Shown here in pieces: positions 29,516 to 40,400 of a stretch of DNA of 64,000 bases; within the stretch, counting starts at the first letter, position 1; every line of letters starts with the position of its first letter. Location of the stretch: the NCBI GenBank assembly GCA_963706325.1, contig CAVPLT010000001.1, positions 320,001 through 384,000 on the forward strand, written 5' to 3'. Source of the DNA: an uncultured Nitrospiraceae bacterium (GTDB lineage: Bacteria > Nitrospirota > Nitrospiria > Nitrospirales > Nitrospiraceae). Under the pieces are notes generated by a model, which saw only the letters and a list, made by a program, of their open reading frames with translations, was not told where the DNA came from and did no database searches. The translations under genes and the position numbers were made by a program.

Positions 29516-31084
29516 ATGCAAGTCCGGTTTTGGCCAGGAAATGTAACGGACGCTGGGTGCGTTCTGCTCGTCGGCCTTTTACTAGCAACCTGGTTCATAC
29601 CAGTCATGCCATTAGAGGCAAAAGGGGAAATCAACGCCATACAACGAGAAAATGCGCGCGCCGGGACATCGGCATGGCGTTTAACGAGCCCGGCATTGAA
29701 ACGTGAGATCGAAGGCTATGCCTCCCTCACCAGTGTAATTCGCGGACAGGAGATCGCGTTCTATATCCACACTCAGGAGAGTTCCTATAGCCTCACTGTC
29801 TACCGAATGGGCTGGTACGGTGGCGCCGGCGCGAGAGGGGTGTATGGTCCTGTGACCCTCCGAGGAGTATCGCAGCCGATGCCGTCGATGGATCCTCGGA
29901 CGGGGCTCGTCGAATGCGCATGGCAGGATCCGTATCGCCTGGTGGTCGGCGGAGAGAGTGATCAGGATGAATGGCTCAGCGGGATCTATCTCGCCAAATT
30001 GACCGCGGGCACCAGTGGCGCACAGGCGTATATCATTTTTGTCGTTCGGGATGAGCTACGTCCCTCTGACTTCCTATTCCAATCCAGCGTCACGACCTAC
30101 CAGGCCTATAATAATTGGGGCGGAAAATCGCTCTACGACTTCAACAGTGCGAGAGGGCGGGCCTACAAAGTGTCATTTAACCGGCCCTATGCGATCAGTA
30201 GCAACCCTGCCGCTGCTTATGGCAATGGCGCCGGAGACTTTTTGACCAACAATGCCGTGCCCCTTACGGATGCATCCTCACCGTCGGGTTGGGAATACAA
30301 TATGGTGCGATGGATGGAACGGCAGGGCTATGACGTCACCTATAGCACGAACATAGACACCCATGCGGATGCCGGGAGCCTGGAGCGCCATATGGGCTGG
30401 CTTTCGGTGGGACATGATGAGTATTGGACGTGGCAAATGCGCGCCCACGTTGAAGGCGCCAGGGACCGCGGAGTGCACCTCGGATTTTTCTCGGGCAACG
30501 TATGTTATTGGCAGATCCGGTTGGAACCGAGCGCCATCACGGGAGAGGCCGATCGCACCATGGTTTCGTACAAAGACGATGCGCCGATGCACGATCCCTA
30601 TGCTAGTGAAGAACTGGGGAAACGACATCTGATGACGGTGCGTTGGCGTGACCAACCAGTCAACCGGCCTGAGGAGTCGCTCATCGGTGTCATGTACGAC
30701 GGCAATCCCGTTGATGGCGATATTGTCATCACCACACCTGATCACTGGGCCATGAGCGGCACGGGGATTCGGGCAGGAGATAAACTCCCCCGCCTTCTGG
30801 GATATGAGGCCGACCGGGACTTTGGCCAGGCTCCGCCAGGCACCACAATTCTCGCCGAATCTCCCTATCTGTTTGAGGGTCACTCGCATGTGGCTCATAT
30901 GACAAGTTATACGCTAGCTAACGGAGCGACCGTGTTCGCGGCTGGTACGATTCAATGGAGCTGGGGGCTCGACGATTTCAATGTACCGCACCTACGAAAG
31001 TCCAGCCTCAATCCGAACGTGCAACGGATCACGGCGAATGTCCTTGCACGTTTTCGAGGAGATGCCGCATCCCCCGCTCGATAA
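29516..31084 (+). CDS. Secreted DUF6605 / N,N-dimethylformamidase beta-subunit-like protein
   Basis: IEGYAS.TSV, YRMGWYGGAGAR, TYQAYNNWGGKSLY, VSFNRPY, SVGHDEYW, GYEAD, FAAGTIQWSWGLD. Confidence 0.8.
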   Translation: MQVRFWPGNVTDAGCVLLVGLLLATWFIPVMPLEAKGEINAIQRENARAGTSAWRLTSPALKREIEGYASLTSVIRGQEIAFYIHTQESSYSLTVYRMGWYGGAGARGVYGPVTLRGVSQPMPSMDPRTGLVECAWQDPYRLVVGGESDQDEWLSGIYLAKLTAGTSGAQAYIIFVVRDELRPSDFLFQSSVTTYQAYNNWGGKSLYDFNSARGRAYKVSFNRPYAISSNPAAAYGNGAGDFLTNNAVPLTDASSPSGWEYNMVRWMERQGYDVTYSTNIDTHADAGSLERHMGWLSVGHDEYWTWQMRAHVEGARDRGVHLGFFSGNVCYWQIRLEPSAITGEADRTMVSYKDDAPMHDPYASEELGKRHLMTVRWRDQPVNRPEESLIGVMYDGNPVDGDIVITTPDHWAMSGTGIRAGDKLPRLLGYEADRDFGQAPPGTTILAESPYLFEGHSHVAHMTSYTLANGATVFAAGTIQWSWGLDDFNVPHLRKSSLNPNVQRITANVLARFRGDAASPAR

Positions 31085-31115
31085 TACCGTGTAACGGGTC
31101 TCTCTCAGGGGGTTT

Positions 31116-32168
31116 ATGAAAATTGCCCAGGTGGTTCATCTCGGCGTGAGTGTCCCTCCCGAAAAATATGGTGGGACGGAACGAGTGGTGTACCATCTGA
31201 CAGAAGAACTGGTCCGCCTCGGTCACGACGTCACTTTGTTCGGCAGCGGCGATTCGATCACGAGCGCGAAGCTGGTACCGATGTGTGACCGTGCGCTGAG
31301 CCATACGCCGTCCATAAACCGGGATGCGATGTTGTTCCGCATGCTCGAATATGTCTGGAACGTCTCTCATGAGTTCGAGATCATCCATTCTCATTTGGAC
31401 TTCGTCGGATTTTCCTTCGCCCGCCGTTCCGAAGTCCCTATCATCACCACCTTGCATGGGTATCTAGGTGCACCGGAGTTGGCTGAGGTCTATCGGGAGT
31501 ACTGGGAGATCCCGCTCGTGTCCATTTCCTATTCGCAACGGGCGCCCTTCCCCTCCAATAATTGGAAGGCGAATGTCTACCACGGGCTCCCGACCGATCT
31601 GTATCAATTTCATCCGAGGTCAGAAGGATACCTGGCGTTCGTGGGGAGGATGTCGCCGGAGAAATCCCCGGATGTCGCGATCCGGATCGCGCAACAACTG
31701 CGCATGCCATTGCGGATGGCGGCCAAAGTGGACCCAGTGGACCAGGAATACTTCGACACCGAGATCGTGCCTCTCCTTGCAGATCCGCTGATCCAATTTA
31801 TCGGGGAGATCACGGATAGTGAGAAGGCCGAGTTTCTCGGGAATGCATGCGCGGCGCTCTGCCCCTATCGTCCCGAGTCATTCGGCTTGGTGCTGATCGA
31901 GGCGCTGGCCTGCGGCACTCCAGTCGTGACTTATCGCCATGGGTCGTTTCCCGAGATCATCGACCACGAATTAACAGGATTTCTCTGCACAAATGAGCAG
32001 GAGATGGTGGAAGCCGTCCGCCGCATCGGCGAGATCGATCGAGGTCGATGCCGCAGGACCTTCGAAGACCGCTTCACCGCTCAGCGCATGACCAAAGATT
32101 ATGTGCAACTGTATGAGAACATGGTTCAGGAAGCGGCGGTAAAAACACTCGCCGGCTCGAACGAGTGA
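31116..32168 (+). CDS. Glycosyltransferase family 4
   Basis: PP..YGGTERVV..L, GHDVTLF, GRMSPEK, ESFGLVLIEALACGTPV. Confidence 0.92.
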   Translation: MKIAQVVHLGVSVPPEKYGGTERVVYHLTEELVRLGHDVTLFGSGDSITSAKLVPMCDRALSHTPSINRDAMLFRMLEYVWNVSHEFEIIHSHLDFVGFSFARRSEVPIITTLHGYLGAPELAEVYREYWEIPLVSISYSQRAPFPSNNWKANVYHGLPTDLYQFHPRSEGYLAFVGRMSPEKSPDVAIRIAQQLRMPLRMAAKVDPVDQEYFDTEIVPLLADPLIQFIGEITDSEKAEFLGNACAALCPYRPESFGLVLIEALACGTPVVTYRHGSFPEIIDHELTGFLCTNEQEMVEAVRRIGEIDRGRCRRTFEDRFTAQRMTKDYVQLYENMVQEAAVKTLAGSNE

Positions 32169-32480
32169 TGCTGATCCTGATCAGGGAGACGGCCGAGGAA
32201 GCCAGTAGCACAGCGGCGGATCTGGTCGGTCGGGCGATCAGGAAGAATCCGGCCCTGAGGCCGGCCTTGCCGCGGGTAAAACGCCGATCGGACTGTACCG
32301 GAAGCTGGTCGAACTGCATCAGACTGACGATCTCGATTTCTCCGCCGTTCACCTCTTCAGCCACGATGACTTGGTTGGGCTGCCGAGTCACAGCCCGAAC
32401 AGTTACGGTGCCTTCTTTCGCCGGCATCTTATTGACCATATCCCCTTCGAGCCAGCCCACTTCCATTTCTTGAGGGGTGA
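32168..32480 (+). pseudogene. nagB: Glucosamine-6-phosphate deaminase, frameshifted and truncated
   Basis: AADLV..AIRKNP, then after a frameshift near 32260 GLAAGKTPIGLYRKLVELH...LDFS.V..F..D..VGL....PNSY..F...HL.DHI; TGATG coupling to the GT4 gene. Confidence 0.75.
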
Positions 32481-32553
32481 GACCAAGGAGAACTCTTTGT
32501 CGTTTTTACATGCGAAATGCAGAGCGGCCACCGCCGGGCAAAGGGACTACTTG

Positions 32554-33048
32554 CTATGTTTGTGAGCCGCGGTGTGCCGCCTCGATTGTCGCGATGTCGA
32601 TCTTTTTCATGTGCATCATCGCATCAAAGGCGCGCTTGGCGGCGGCGGGATTGGGATCGGTCCACGCTTTCATCAGGGCCACCGGCGTAATCTGCCATGA
32701 CACCCCCCATTTGTCTCGGCACCAGCCGCACTCACTCTCTTCGCCGCCGTTGCCGACGATCGCGGTCCAGTACCGATCGGTTTCGGCCTGGTCCTCTGTG
32801 GCGACCTGAAACGAGAAGGCTTCATTGTGCTTGAACTCCGGACCGCCATTGAGCCCGAGGCAGGGGATTCCCATTACACTAAACTCGACGGTCAGCACAT
32901 CCCCCTTTTTGCCAGACGGATAGTTTCCCGGTGCCGTATGCACCGCACCCACAGAGGAATTGGGAAAGGTCTTCGCGTAAAACCGCGCCGCGTCCTCGGC
33001 GTCGCCATCATACCAAAGGCAAATCGTGTTCTTGGCTGGCTTGGACAT
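32554..33048 (-). CDS. VOC family protein (PhnB/3-dmu-9 type)
   Basis: CLWYD..AE.AA.FY, LNGGP.F...EAFS, DQAETDRYW, CGWC.DKWGVSWQI, MKKIDIA. Confidence 0.9.
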   Translation of the reverse strand: MSKPAKNTICLWYDGDAEDAARFYAKTFPNSSVGAVHTAPGNYPSGKKGDVLTVEFSVMGIPCLGLNGGPEFKHNEAFSFQVATEDQAETDRYWTAIVGNGGEESECGWCRDKWGVSWQITPVALMKAWTDPNPAAAKRAFDAMMHMKKIDIATIEAAHRGSQT

Positions 33049-33987
33049 CTCGCTCCTCCATTGTAGTTCTCGATCGAACGTGAATCAGAAGGCAACTCTA
33101 GGGCAGTGACGCCGTTAGGTGCCATGTTCTGCATGTGCGGGAGTTCTGGAAAGGCAGGAACGGCGGACTTATGGTTCCGGAATCTGAGAGGGCTTAACCA
33201 CTACCTCGGTGCATTCCGCCTCGATGAAGGCCGCCGTTGCATCGCGTCTCTCTGAGCGTTTGCTCAACCCCCGTGATTCCTTTATCCCGAAAATCCACAA
33301 TCTCTTTATCTATTACAGATAGGTTCGCAAAGGATTGTCGGCACTTACGGTCTGCCAATGCCCGCAGATGTTGTTTCACGATCGCATGTTGTTTGCTATG
33401 AGCGGCCTCGCGAATCGAGTTCAGCCCGGCCGTGTCGCCCAAGGCCTTCGTAGCCTCCAATAACTCTGATCAAAGACGGCCTTCAATTGTTCGACACTGT
33501 GAGCTCGCGCAGGAGGCGAATTGAACAGCAGGACACCTATGCATACATAGAAAAAGTACTGCGCTCTCATGGGCAAGCCGCCTTTCGTGTCGCGATCGCG
33601 GGCCGAGTATATCGTATTTGGGTTCCTATTGTACCCAACCTCGACGGTCCGGGTCCCGGACGACAGACGGTAACCCTCTCTGGTGGCCTTTCGCCCTCAT
33701 TACCGAGCCGGGCTCTTGAGGGCCGTGGGTCACCGCTCTGCATTCCCACGGCGGCACCGGTCGCGGATCAATTCATCCGTCTCTTTCCCTCCCTGCGCCT
33801 GACCGTCCACTCCTAAGCGCGAGTCCTTCAAGTACCCCAAAACCATCAGCCGAAGCCAGCCTTCCGCCTTGTAACGCCATGGCCCTCTGCATGGAAGTTT
33901 CCCTCCTAAGGAGTACTGCTTTCCGGTCTATCGCATTCGCGCCCACGGGATAAGCTTTAAGTATCACATGTCACAAGGAGGCGATGC

Positions 33988-34194
33988 ATGAGCTGTCCAC
34001 GATGCGAAGGGTTGATGGTGGGGGATTTGAGCTGTGATCTTGAAGAGACACAAGGAATGTGGGTGACCACGACCCGGTGCATGAATTGCGGCCATGTGAC
34101 AGACGCCACAATCGAGAAGCATCGCATGCAATCGAGCGGACATGGGGGAATGGGGCAACCCCTGCCAGTGATGGCACAGGCTCAGAATGCTTAG
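33988..34194 (+). CDS. Small Zn-ribbon protein
   Basis: CPRCEGLM...RCMNCGH..D; AAGGAGG RBS. Confidence 0.75.
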   Translation: MSCPRCEGLMVGDLSCDLEETQGMWVTTTRCMNCGHVTDATIEKHRMQSSGHGGMGQPLPVMAQAQNA

Positions 34195-34350
34195 GGCACT
34201 GCAGTGACGAAGGCGTGTTCTGGCTGTGGACACTCTACCAACGCGGTACATCCTCGGTGTCATGACCGGTAGAAGGTTCACTGTTACAGGTAGTGTGTTA
34301 ACTGGCGACCACACGAGATCCCACATCGCCTGTCGCTGAGGAGGACCATC

Positions 34351-34845
34351 ATGTTGCACCGAACTGTGCTCTGTCTCGCGTTGGGCGCCCTCCTGACCGG
34401 AGGACTCGAAGGCTGTACAATGATGAAGAGCGGCTCATCGACGCTGTTACCGAGTAGTGCCTATTTTGCCGCCGATGCAGGGGAATTACCCCTGCTGCAA
34501 GTCATTGCCCAGGCGCAAGACACCCGCCTCAAAAGTTGCTACAAAGGCCCGGCCTGTGAAGAGGCGTACTATACCCGTGGGTTGGTCGCCCTGTTTGAAA
34601 ACCGTGCCGATGCCATTCGACTGTTTCAGGAGCTGCACACGGCAATGCCGAAGAGCCGCTATGACGGCTCCACCATTGGCTGGTTGAACCTCTTACAGGA
34701 TCCGTCGCGGACCTCCAGTTCCACCCAGGCGTTACGGGCCCAGCTGAAGCAGGAAATACTGCGCACGCTCTTAGGGCGCCCCGACCTGAGGACCGCACGA
34801 AGTCTGGACGAACACGACGTGCGTGTTGCAGAGCTCAGCCGGTAG
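34351..34845 (+). CDS. Hypothetical lipoprotein with a TPR-like helix pair
   Basis: LEGC lipobox; AYYTRGLVALFE....A...FQEL....P.S.Y; GAGGAGG RBS. Confidence 0.7.
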   Translation: MLHRTVLCLALGALLTGGLEGCTMMKSGSSTLLPSSAYFAADAGELPLLQVIAQAQDTRLKSCYKGPACEEAYYTRGLVALFENRADAIRLFQELHTAMPKSRYDGSTIGWLNLLQDPSRTSSSTQALRAQLKQEILRTLLGRPDLRTARSLDEHDVRVAELSR

Positions 34846-34960
34846 TCACGTTTCATGGCGCGGGGACATGTGAGGCTTGAGAGTGTGCCGAACGCTGAGG
34901 TTGAAACATGGAGCTGGAAACGCCAAGGATTGGACACACGTCTGCTGACATGACGACGCC

Positions 34961-35461
34961 CTACTGTCTGACGGCTTTCCGCTCTGTGCCGGAGGCATGC
35001 TGTCGCCACTCCCACGGCGAGACTGAGTAAGGAGCGACCCATAGCCCACGCTTCGCTTCCCGTGCCTGCCGTTCCAGCTCCCCCAATCGAAAATCCTTCG
35101 AGTACTTTCGAAACCACCACGCCAAGCCCGCATTGATGAGTTCTTGATTGAGGCTCCGCCCGTCCGGCAAGAGGACTTCCGTCAGGCGCCGGCCATAACG
35201 GTCGCGCCGACCTCCTACACCGTGACATCTTGCCCGAAGGCCAGTTCTGACGTGTATTCGTTCGCTCGTGTGCCGAAGGGCTGGCGCTTCTCAGGGCAAT
35301 CGATGCCTAAGAGGCGAATTTGCACGGCCTTGCCCTCATACATCACGCGAAGGGAGTCGCCACCAATGACGCCCACCACTTTCCCTACAAACTAAGCTTG
35401 GGCTAGGATGGGCCCCCAAGACAAACATCAGTAGCCATGTGAGCGATTTCAAGGACACCAT
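34961..35461 (-). pseudogene. Thermonuclease (SNase) family pseudogene
   Basis: GKVVGV..GDSL.V, IRL.GIDCPEK.QPFG, LNQEL..AGLAW, AR..KRGLW; TAG at 35215-35217 and frameshifts near 35390 and 35200. Confidence 0.85.
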
Positions 35462-35542
35462 GCTGGAAGGATTATATAAAGTGTCTCGCACCAGTTGCAT
35501 CTCTCCTTTCGTCCTGGAAAGCGCTTGGTGGAAGGAGGAAGC

Positions 35543-36916
35543 ATGTATTTGCATGCGGTATTCGCCCTAATCGCGCTACTAATCGGATGCGGCGAGCTCG
35601 ATCGTACGAAAGGCAGGGGCAGCGTGCGACCTTATGCGGGCGTCGGGGACCAGAGCGCCGATTATTCCGTTGCTGTGGAAGGGCAAAATGTTGCGGTTAA
35701 TGCGTGGAGTCATGCCGGCAGAATAGCCCACTATGCTCATTTTGAGTTTACTGGAACAGTGACCATTGAAATCACCAATAAGCTCGGGGATTTCGGATCA
35801 GCGAGCATAAGTCCAAAACGGTTTTCCATTTCCCCCACGATTTCCGGAAGCAAGGCCATATTCACCCTGAGCACTCCTAGAAAACTGGTTATCTATGCCG
35901 GCGAAACCAGGCTTTTCATTTTTGCCGAAGGCCCGCAAACAACTCCATCGCAGTCGGACCTGCTCCCCGGCACACTCAACACCGACTACGCGCTAAGCTA
36001 CGCTGGGGAGACAGCCCCCACTTCCACGAGCGGCCCCCTCACGTTTCTTTCAAACCCCCTGAAGGAGGCGAGGATGGTCGGTCGTGGAACCTATCAACGG
36101 GGCGACACCTTTGAGCTCTACAACATGGACAACTTCAGAATGGAAGGCGTGGTTTATCGCCAAACATCCGCAAATGCATGGGCAATGATACCGCGATACC
36201 TTACAAACTCGGTTCTTTCAAACGTCAAGATACTGTCCCAGTTCGGCACCATGAACACTGACGGCATCGATGTGGATAACAGCCACCATCTGTTGATTGA
36301 AGATGTCTTCGTCTTCTCCGGAGACGACTCCATTTGTCTGAAAGGGATGCCGTTTCGTTTCCCCTATGGCCCTGCGCCGACCTACGGCGTTCCTCAGCCG
36401 GCCGTGCCTGTTCATGACATCACCGTTCGCAATGCCGTGCTTCTTTCGACTTGGAATGCCATGCAGTTCGGCCCTGAGGACGCCTCTGATATTTACAACG
36501 TTTCATTTGAAAACATCGATGTCCTCGAAGCTTACTCGGGCATTTCGGTTTCGCCGGTGACGAGCCTGCAGAATATTCACTACAACAACGTCAGAATCGA
36601 GAGTACATGGTCACAATTATTCATGAACATTGAGCATGAAAATACCACCAAGCAAGGGACCATGTATGTGGACAATCTGATCGTTGACCAACCTAAAGGG
36701 ATTTCCATCACCAGCTACCCCCAGAGGCTGGACATCTATTTCACCAATCTCACGGTCGCAGGCAGGCCTATCGCCAGTCTGGATGATTTGCGGCAAGTTG
36801 CAGGGAGCGGGAACGTCATTGTGAGTGGAGATGTCGAACTCCATTTTGAGAACAATCTTCCGCCGTTACCCGTTGCCGATACAACCCTATCCGCCGCCCC
36901 GAATGGAAGCGATTAA
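35543..36916 (+). CDS. Lipoprotein with a pectin-lyase-fold GH28-like domain
   Basis: LIGC lipobox; NTDGIDV, GDDSICLK; beta-helix repeats; AAGGAGG RBS. Confidence 0.72.
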   Translation: MYLHAVFALIALLIGCGELDRTKGRGSVRPYAGVGDQSADYSVAVEGQNVAVNAWSHAGRIAHYAHFEFTGTVTIEITNKLGDFGSASISPKRFSISPTISGSKAIFTLSTPRKLVIYAGETRLFIFAEGPQTTPSQSDLLPGTLNTDYALSYAGETAPTSTSGPLTFLSNPLKEARMVGRGTYQRGDTFELYNMDNFRMEGVVYRQTSANAWAMIPRYLTNSVLSNVKILSQFGTMNTDGIDVDNSHHLLIEDVFVFSGDDSICLKGMPFRFPYGPAPTYGVPQPAVPVHDITVRNAVLLSTWNAMQFGPEDASDIYNVSFENIDVLEAYSGISVSPVTSLQNIHYNNVRIESTWSQLFMNIEHENTTKQGTMYVDNLIVDQPKGISITSYPQRLDIYFTNLTVAGRPIASLDDLRQVAGSGNVIVSGDVELHFENNLPPLPVADTTLSAAPNGSD

Positions 36917-37369
36917 CAGGGATGAATGTAAATCACGTGCGTAAAAAAAGGCAGGCCGATGAAACCGGACAACTCAGTGACGCCAGAAGTTGATGGCGTC
37001 TGCTCCCTCATCTCTCTCCCGCCGAAAGGAGCGTGGGAATTAACTCCACTAGTTGCTCCGTGAGGAGCCGCACGGCCTCTGCCACTCGCCTCTGCTTACA
37101 GTTTTCAGGCGGGAAGGGCGAGACCACGTGGGATTACTGTTCAAACTATCGATCCAGGCCGCTTCATTTCCGGGCGGTCATCCATCCAAGGCAACGGTGT
37201 CTAGCACAGAGCTACTGGGGCCAACGCAGTGAGAAGAAAAAGCCAACAATCTTCCCTCAGCGGAAAGGCCCATGACTTGAGCTCGCGCTCGGGTCAGGAC
37301 CGCAGAAGTGCGACTAAGAGGCACACAGTCACATACTGATAGGGCCACATGACTCACCGGCCGTGCGGA

Positions 37370-38353
37370 CTAATGGAGTTGCTCCAGAGTCATACGCGAT
37401 TTCTGCGCATGGAGGACCGTTGTCCGATGTGGGCGCCCCTTGGGGCGATACAGTGCGTTGGGATGGCCTACAATCTGAACCGTGGCAAACCCTAGGCGTT
37501 TCAGCATCTGCTCCAGGCATACCTTGTTCGGATACCACCAGGTGCGCCAGTCGAGTGTGGGCGTGGCACCTCCAGCATATACCATACTAGGTCGGGCATG
37601 ATCGTCCTCATCCGCCAGGTGCTCGGTGATGACAAAGGTGCCTCGGCAGAAGGGAGCTAATACGGCGAGCACCTTGAGCGGGGCGAAGGTATGTAACAAG
37701 ACGTCGCCGAGAAAGATCAGGTCAAATGGCTCCGCCCCTAATTTCTGAGTGGTTAACTCATACACCGTGGAGTACACGCGTTGAACCTGAGACTGTAGAA
37801 GCTTGTGGCACAGTTGAAAGGGTCCGTCCAAGTGATAGTGATACACGGCGTCCACAGTGTTGACGCGATGCTGCTCCATTAAGCCTTTTAGGGTGCGATC
37901 TCGATCTTCACCAGTTGGCATATCCCAGTCAGTGATGGCGGGCAGCTCAACAGAGACGACGCGGGCCCCGCGTCTTTCAAATTCGAACGCAAAAAAGCCT
38001 GTTGCAGACCCGACGTCCAAGACGTTCATGCCCTTCATGGACACTGGGAAGTGGTAGGCCGCCAAGCTCGCTCGATAATCGAAATCACCAGGAGTAACTA
38101 GGCCGTTGCCCAAGTCGATGGTGTGGTACCAGTAATACTTCTCGATATCGTCATGGCCCAAGCCACGGGCCTTTTGGTGGAAGTCCCGCAGATTCTGCTC
38201 ATAGTCCCGTACGTGCTGCTGGCTCACGCGGTCACAACTCGGGTCAGGCGCTGAGCTGGTACGGTTTTTCTGTACCGCACTCCCGAGCGTATCCCACAAA
38301 CCCGTGAAGCCCTTGTCTGCAATAACTCGTGCGATCTTTTGGTGAAGCAGCAT
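37370..38353 (-). CDS. Class I SAM-dependent methyltransferase (DUF1698/CmoB-like)
   Basis: WYHTIDLG.G.VTPG, VLDVGSATGFFAFEFERRGA, FDLIFLGDVL.H, WW.PN. Confidence 0.82.
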   Translation of the reverse strand: MLLHQKIARVIADKGFTGLWDTLGSAVQKNRTSSAPDPSCDRVSQQHVRDYEQNLRDFHQKARGLGHDDIEKYYWYHTIDLGNGLVTPGDFDYRASLAAYHFPVSMKGMNVLDVGSATGFFAFEFERRGARVVSVELPAITDWDMPTGEDRDRTLKGLMEQHRVNTVDAVYHYHLDGPFQLCHKLLQSQVQRVYSTVYELTTQKLGAEPFDLIFLGDVLLHTFAPLKVLAVLAPFCRGTFVITEHLADEDDHARPSMVYAGGATPTLDWRTWWYPNKVCLEQMLKRLGFATVQIVGHPNALYRPKGRPHRTTVLHAQKSRMTLEQLH

Positions 38354-39591
38354 AAACTCTCCTATATGCGACCATTCCAGGGGGCCGAAGCGCTCTGGAG
38401 GGGCTCAACCGGAAGGCGCGAGGTGTATGGATAAGCATACACTAACTTTTTGGCGTTAGAATCGCAATGAGGAAAGTGTTGGCACCCACCAGCTCATCGC
38501 CCAGAGGGCCTCTCCGGGGGAACCCCCCTTTAACCCTGTCCGCGAGTGGTCGCCGCTGTCTGCAGGTTGTCAGCATCTGGGAACCGATACACCGCGAAGG
38601 CAGCGACCGCCACGCCGAAGAAGAACCCAACGCCTATCGGCCACATCACGCCTTTCATGGGATCGTCGGATGTCGTGATCACAGATAGGGAGCGGGTCGT
38701 CGTCATAATTCGTAGCCGGCCGCCAGCCACGGATCGGACGGTGTTGGGTTTTCAACACGCGAAGGCCGCTAGGGGCTCCTTATCGGTCGTTTATGTCGCC
38801 TAGGTTGTTCAGCAGAATGTGAGGAAGAAGACTCGATTAGGCCGCGCCATGATTCGCCGAGTTCTTTCGCTTAATTCGTTTATTTCGTAAAGGGAAGCGG
38901 TACCGGCGGCCGGGGGATCCGGGCTGGGTAGGGTTCTATCTCGCGAAGGCCGGGGAAGGGGTAGTTCCGTGGAATCTCCCCTATCCCAGCACCTCCATGT
39001 CGAGACACTCTGTCGGATATGTCGGGTTCGTTGGAGGAGAGATTGTCCGACATTTGACTCATAGAGCGGCTTCTGTCGGGTTTGTCGGGTCCTCGCTAGT
39101 ATGAATCGGCCGAAATTCAATGAAGCCTGGCCATGGAGATGTGTGTAGCTAGCGCATGGGTACCCTAAAGGCCAGGGTGGCCTGCCGACGAAGGCGGAGG
39201 GGTGTTCCTGCCAGGAAGGCAGCAAATCATCTCAGAGGGCAGAATATGTTGACCTTCGAGCCTGCTACGACCGACCCCGAAGACACGGACAACCCACGGA
39301 CAGTGCCTTAGACTCTTCAAGAGAGACAATGCCTTACGAACGCCCGTTGGGTTCATACCCCAACGGTATTCTTCCATCAGTTCTTGCCCAAGACCACGTT
39401 AGTGTTTCATTAGCAGGAAAGGAGTACGTAGAGACAAATCCATGGAAAATAAAGACTTGAAATTAGATGAATGTCGAAGGGGGACTTCGGCAACTGCTAA
39501 CCTCCCCAAATTTCGGGCAGCGCGAATTTGCGCGACGCGGGCGCAAAGGAAGGGTGCCCGTGGAGGTGGCCTCAGAGCGGCTGGGGCCTAA

Positions 39592-39890
39592 GCGAATTTA
39601 AATCTTGCTGAAGTGCACGCTGCTGCCTCGATGCAGCAGGAGGCCGCGGCGAAAATAGGAAAGTTACTGCACGGACAACACTGGGAAGGGATCGTGCTTG
39701 ATAGCCAATCGCGAATAAGATGGAGGTGGAAGACCGAAACAGGACTCCCTATTAGCGGGTCCGCAAAAGAAGAGCCAACCGGAGAGAACGTGCTGGCATT
39801 TAGCCTCATTTAGACTATGGCTATGTCTTTAAACCAGACGAGTATTGAACTTATGGTTTTCGACGAGGAGCATGGACATGAACTCCAGGG
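39592..39890 (+). pseudogene. Possible C-terminal remnant of an SbcC/SMC-type ABC ATPase
   Basis: GENVLAFSLI*TMAMSLNQTSIELMVFDE resembles a degenerate signature and Walker B region; internal stop. Confidence 0.4.
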
Positions 39891-40064
39891 GTCCAATGGC
39901 TGGCTATGCACAATTCGCTACCCCCTAGTTAGTTGTGGTCTGGTCGATGCTGGTACCTACAGAACTCCTTATTAACGTCTGAAATTTCTCCTCGAATTTA
40001 TCACGAACTCGCTCCTAGGGGCTTGCCTACTACTATCGACTCTCTAGTCACATCACTATAGTGA

Positions 40065-40400
40065 ATGACTGAATTACAAAAATTACCGCTTGTTTCCCTG
40101 GCCGAGGTGCAGGCCAGTTCCGAAGCCGAGGGACATCCCATTCTCCTGGCATTTGACGACGGTACGGGGCCAGGGGGGACGTACTGGAAGGCTGGTGATC
40201 CGGGGGAGTAGACGATTACCGTGACGTTCCGCGAGCCCTTCACACTTGTCCAGGTCACCATGGAAGTGGAAGAACGAGAGGGTTGCACGCACTCAGGAAG
40301 TGCAGCTCTCCTCGTCGGCGGATGGAGGACAGACGTATCGCGAACTCGTTCGTCAGGAATTCAATTTTAGCCCGGATGGGGCAACGTGGGAGAAAGAAAC
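40065..40400 (+). pseudogene. Discoidin/F5/8-type-C-like carbohydrate-binding protein pseudogene
   Basis: SSEAEGHPI..AFD...GPGGT.W.A..PGE*TI...F; RTQEVQLS.S.DGG.TYREL.RQEFNFSP.GATWE.E; TAG at 40209-40211 and a frameshift near 40280. Confidence 0.65.

Noticed and set aside
33487..33816. ORF containing DTYAYIEKVLR, resembling a lytic transglycosylase C-terminus
   Set aside because: The match is too short and there is no catalytic region or start context.
38530..38658. 42-aa hydrophobic mini-ORF (MKGVMWPIGVGFFFG...)
   Set aside because: No RBS or recognisable family; cannot be distinguished from chance.
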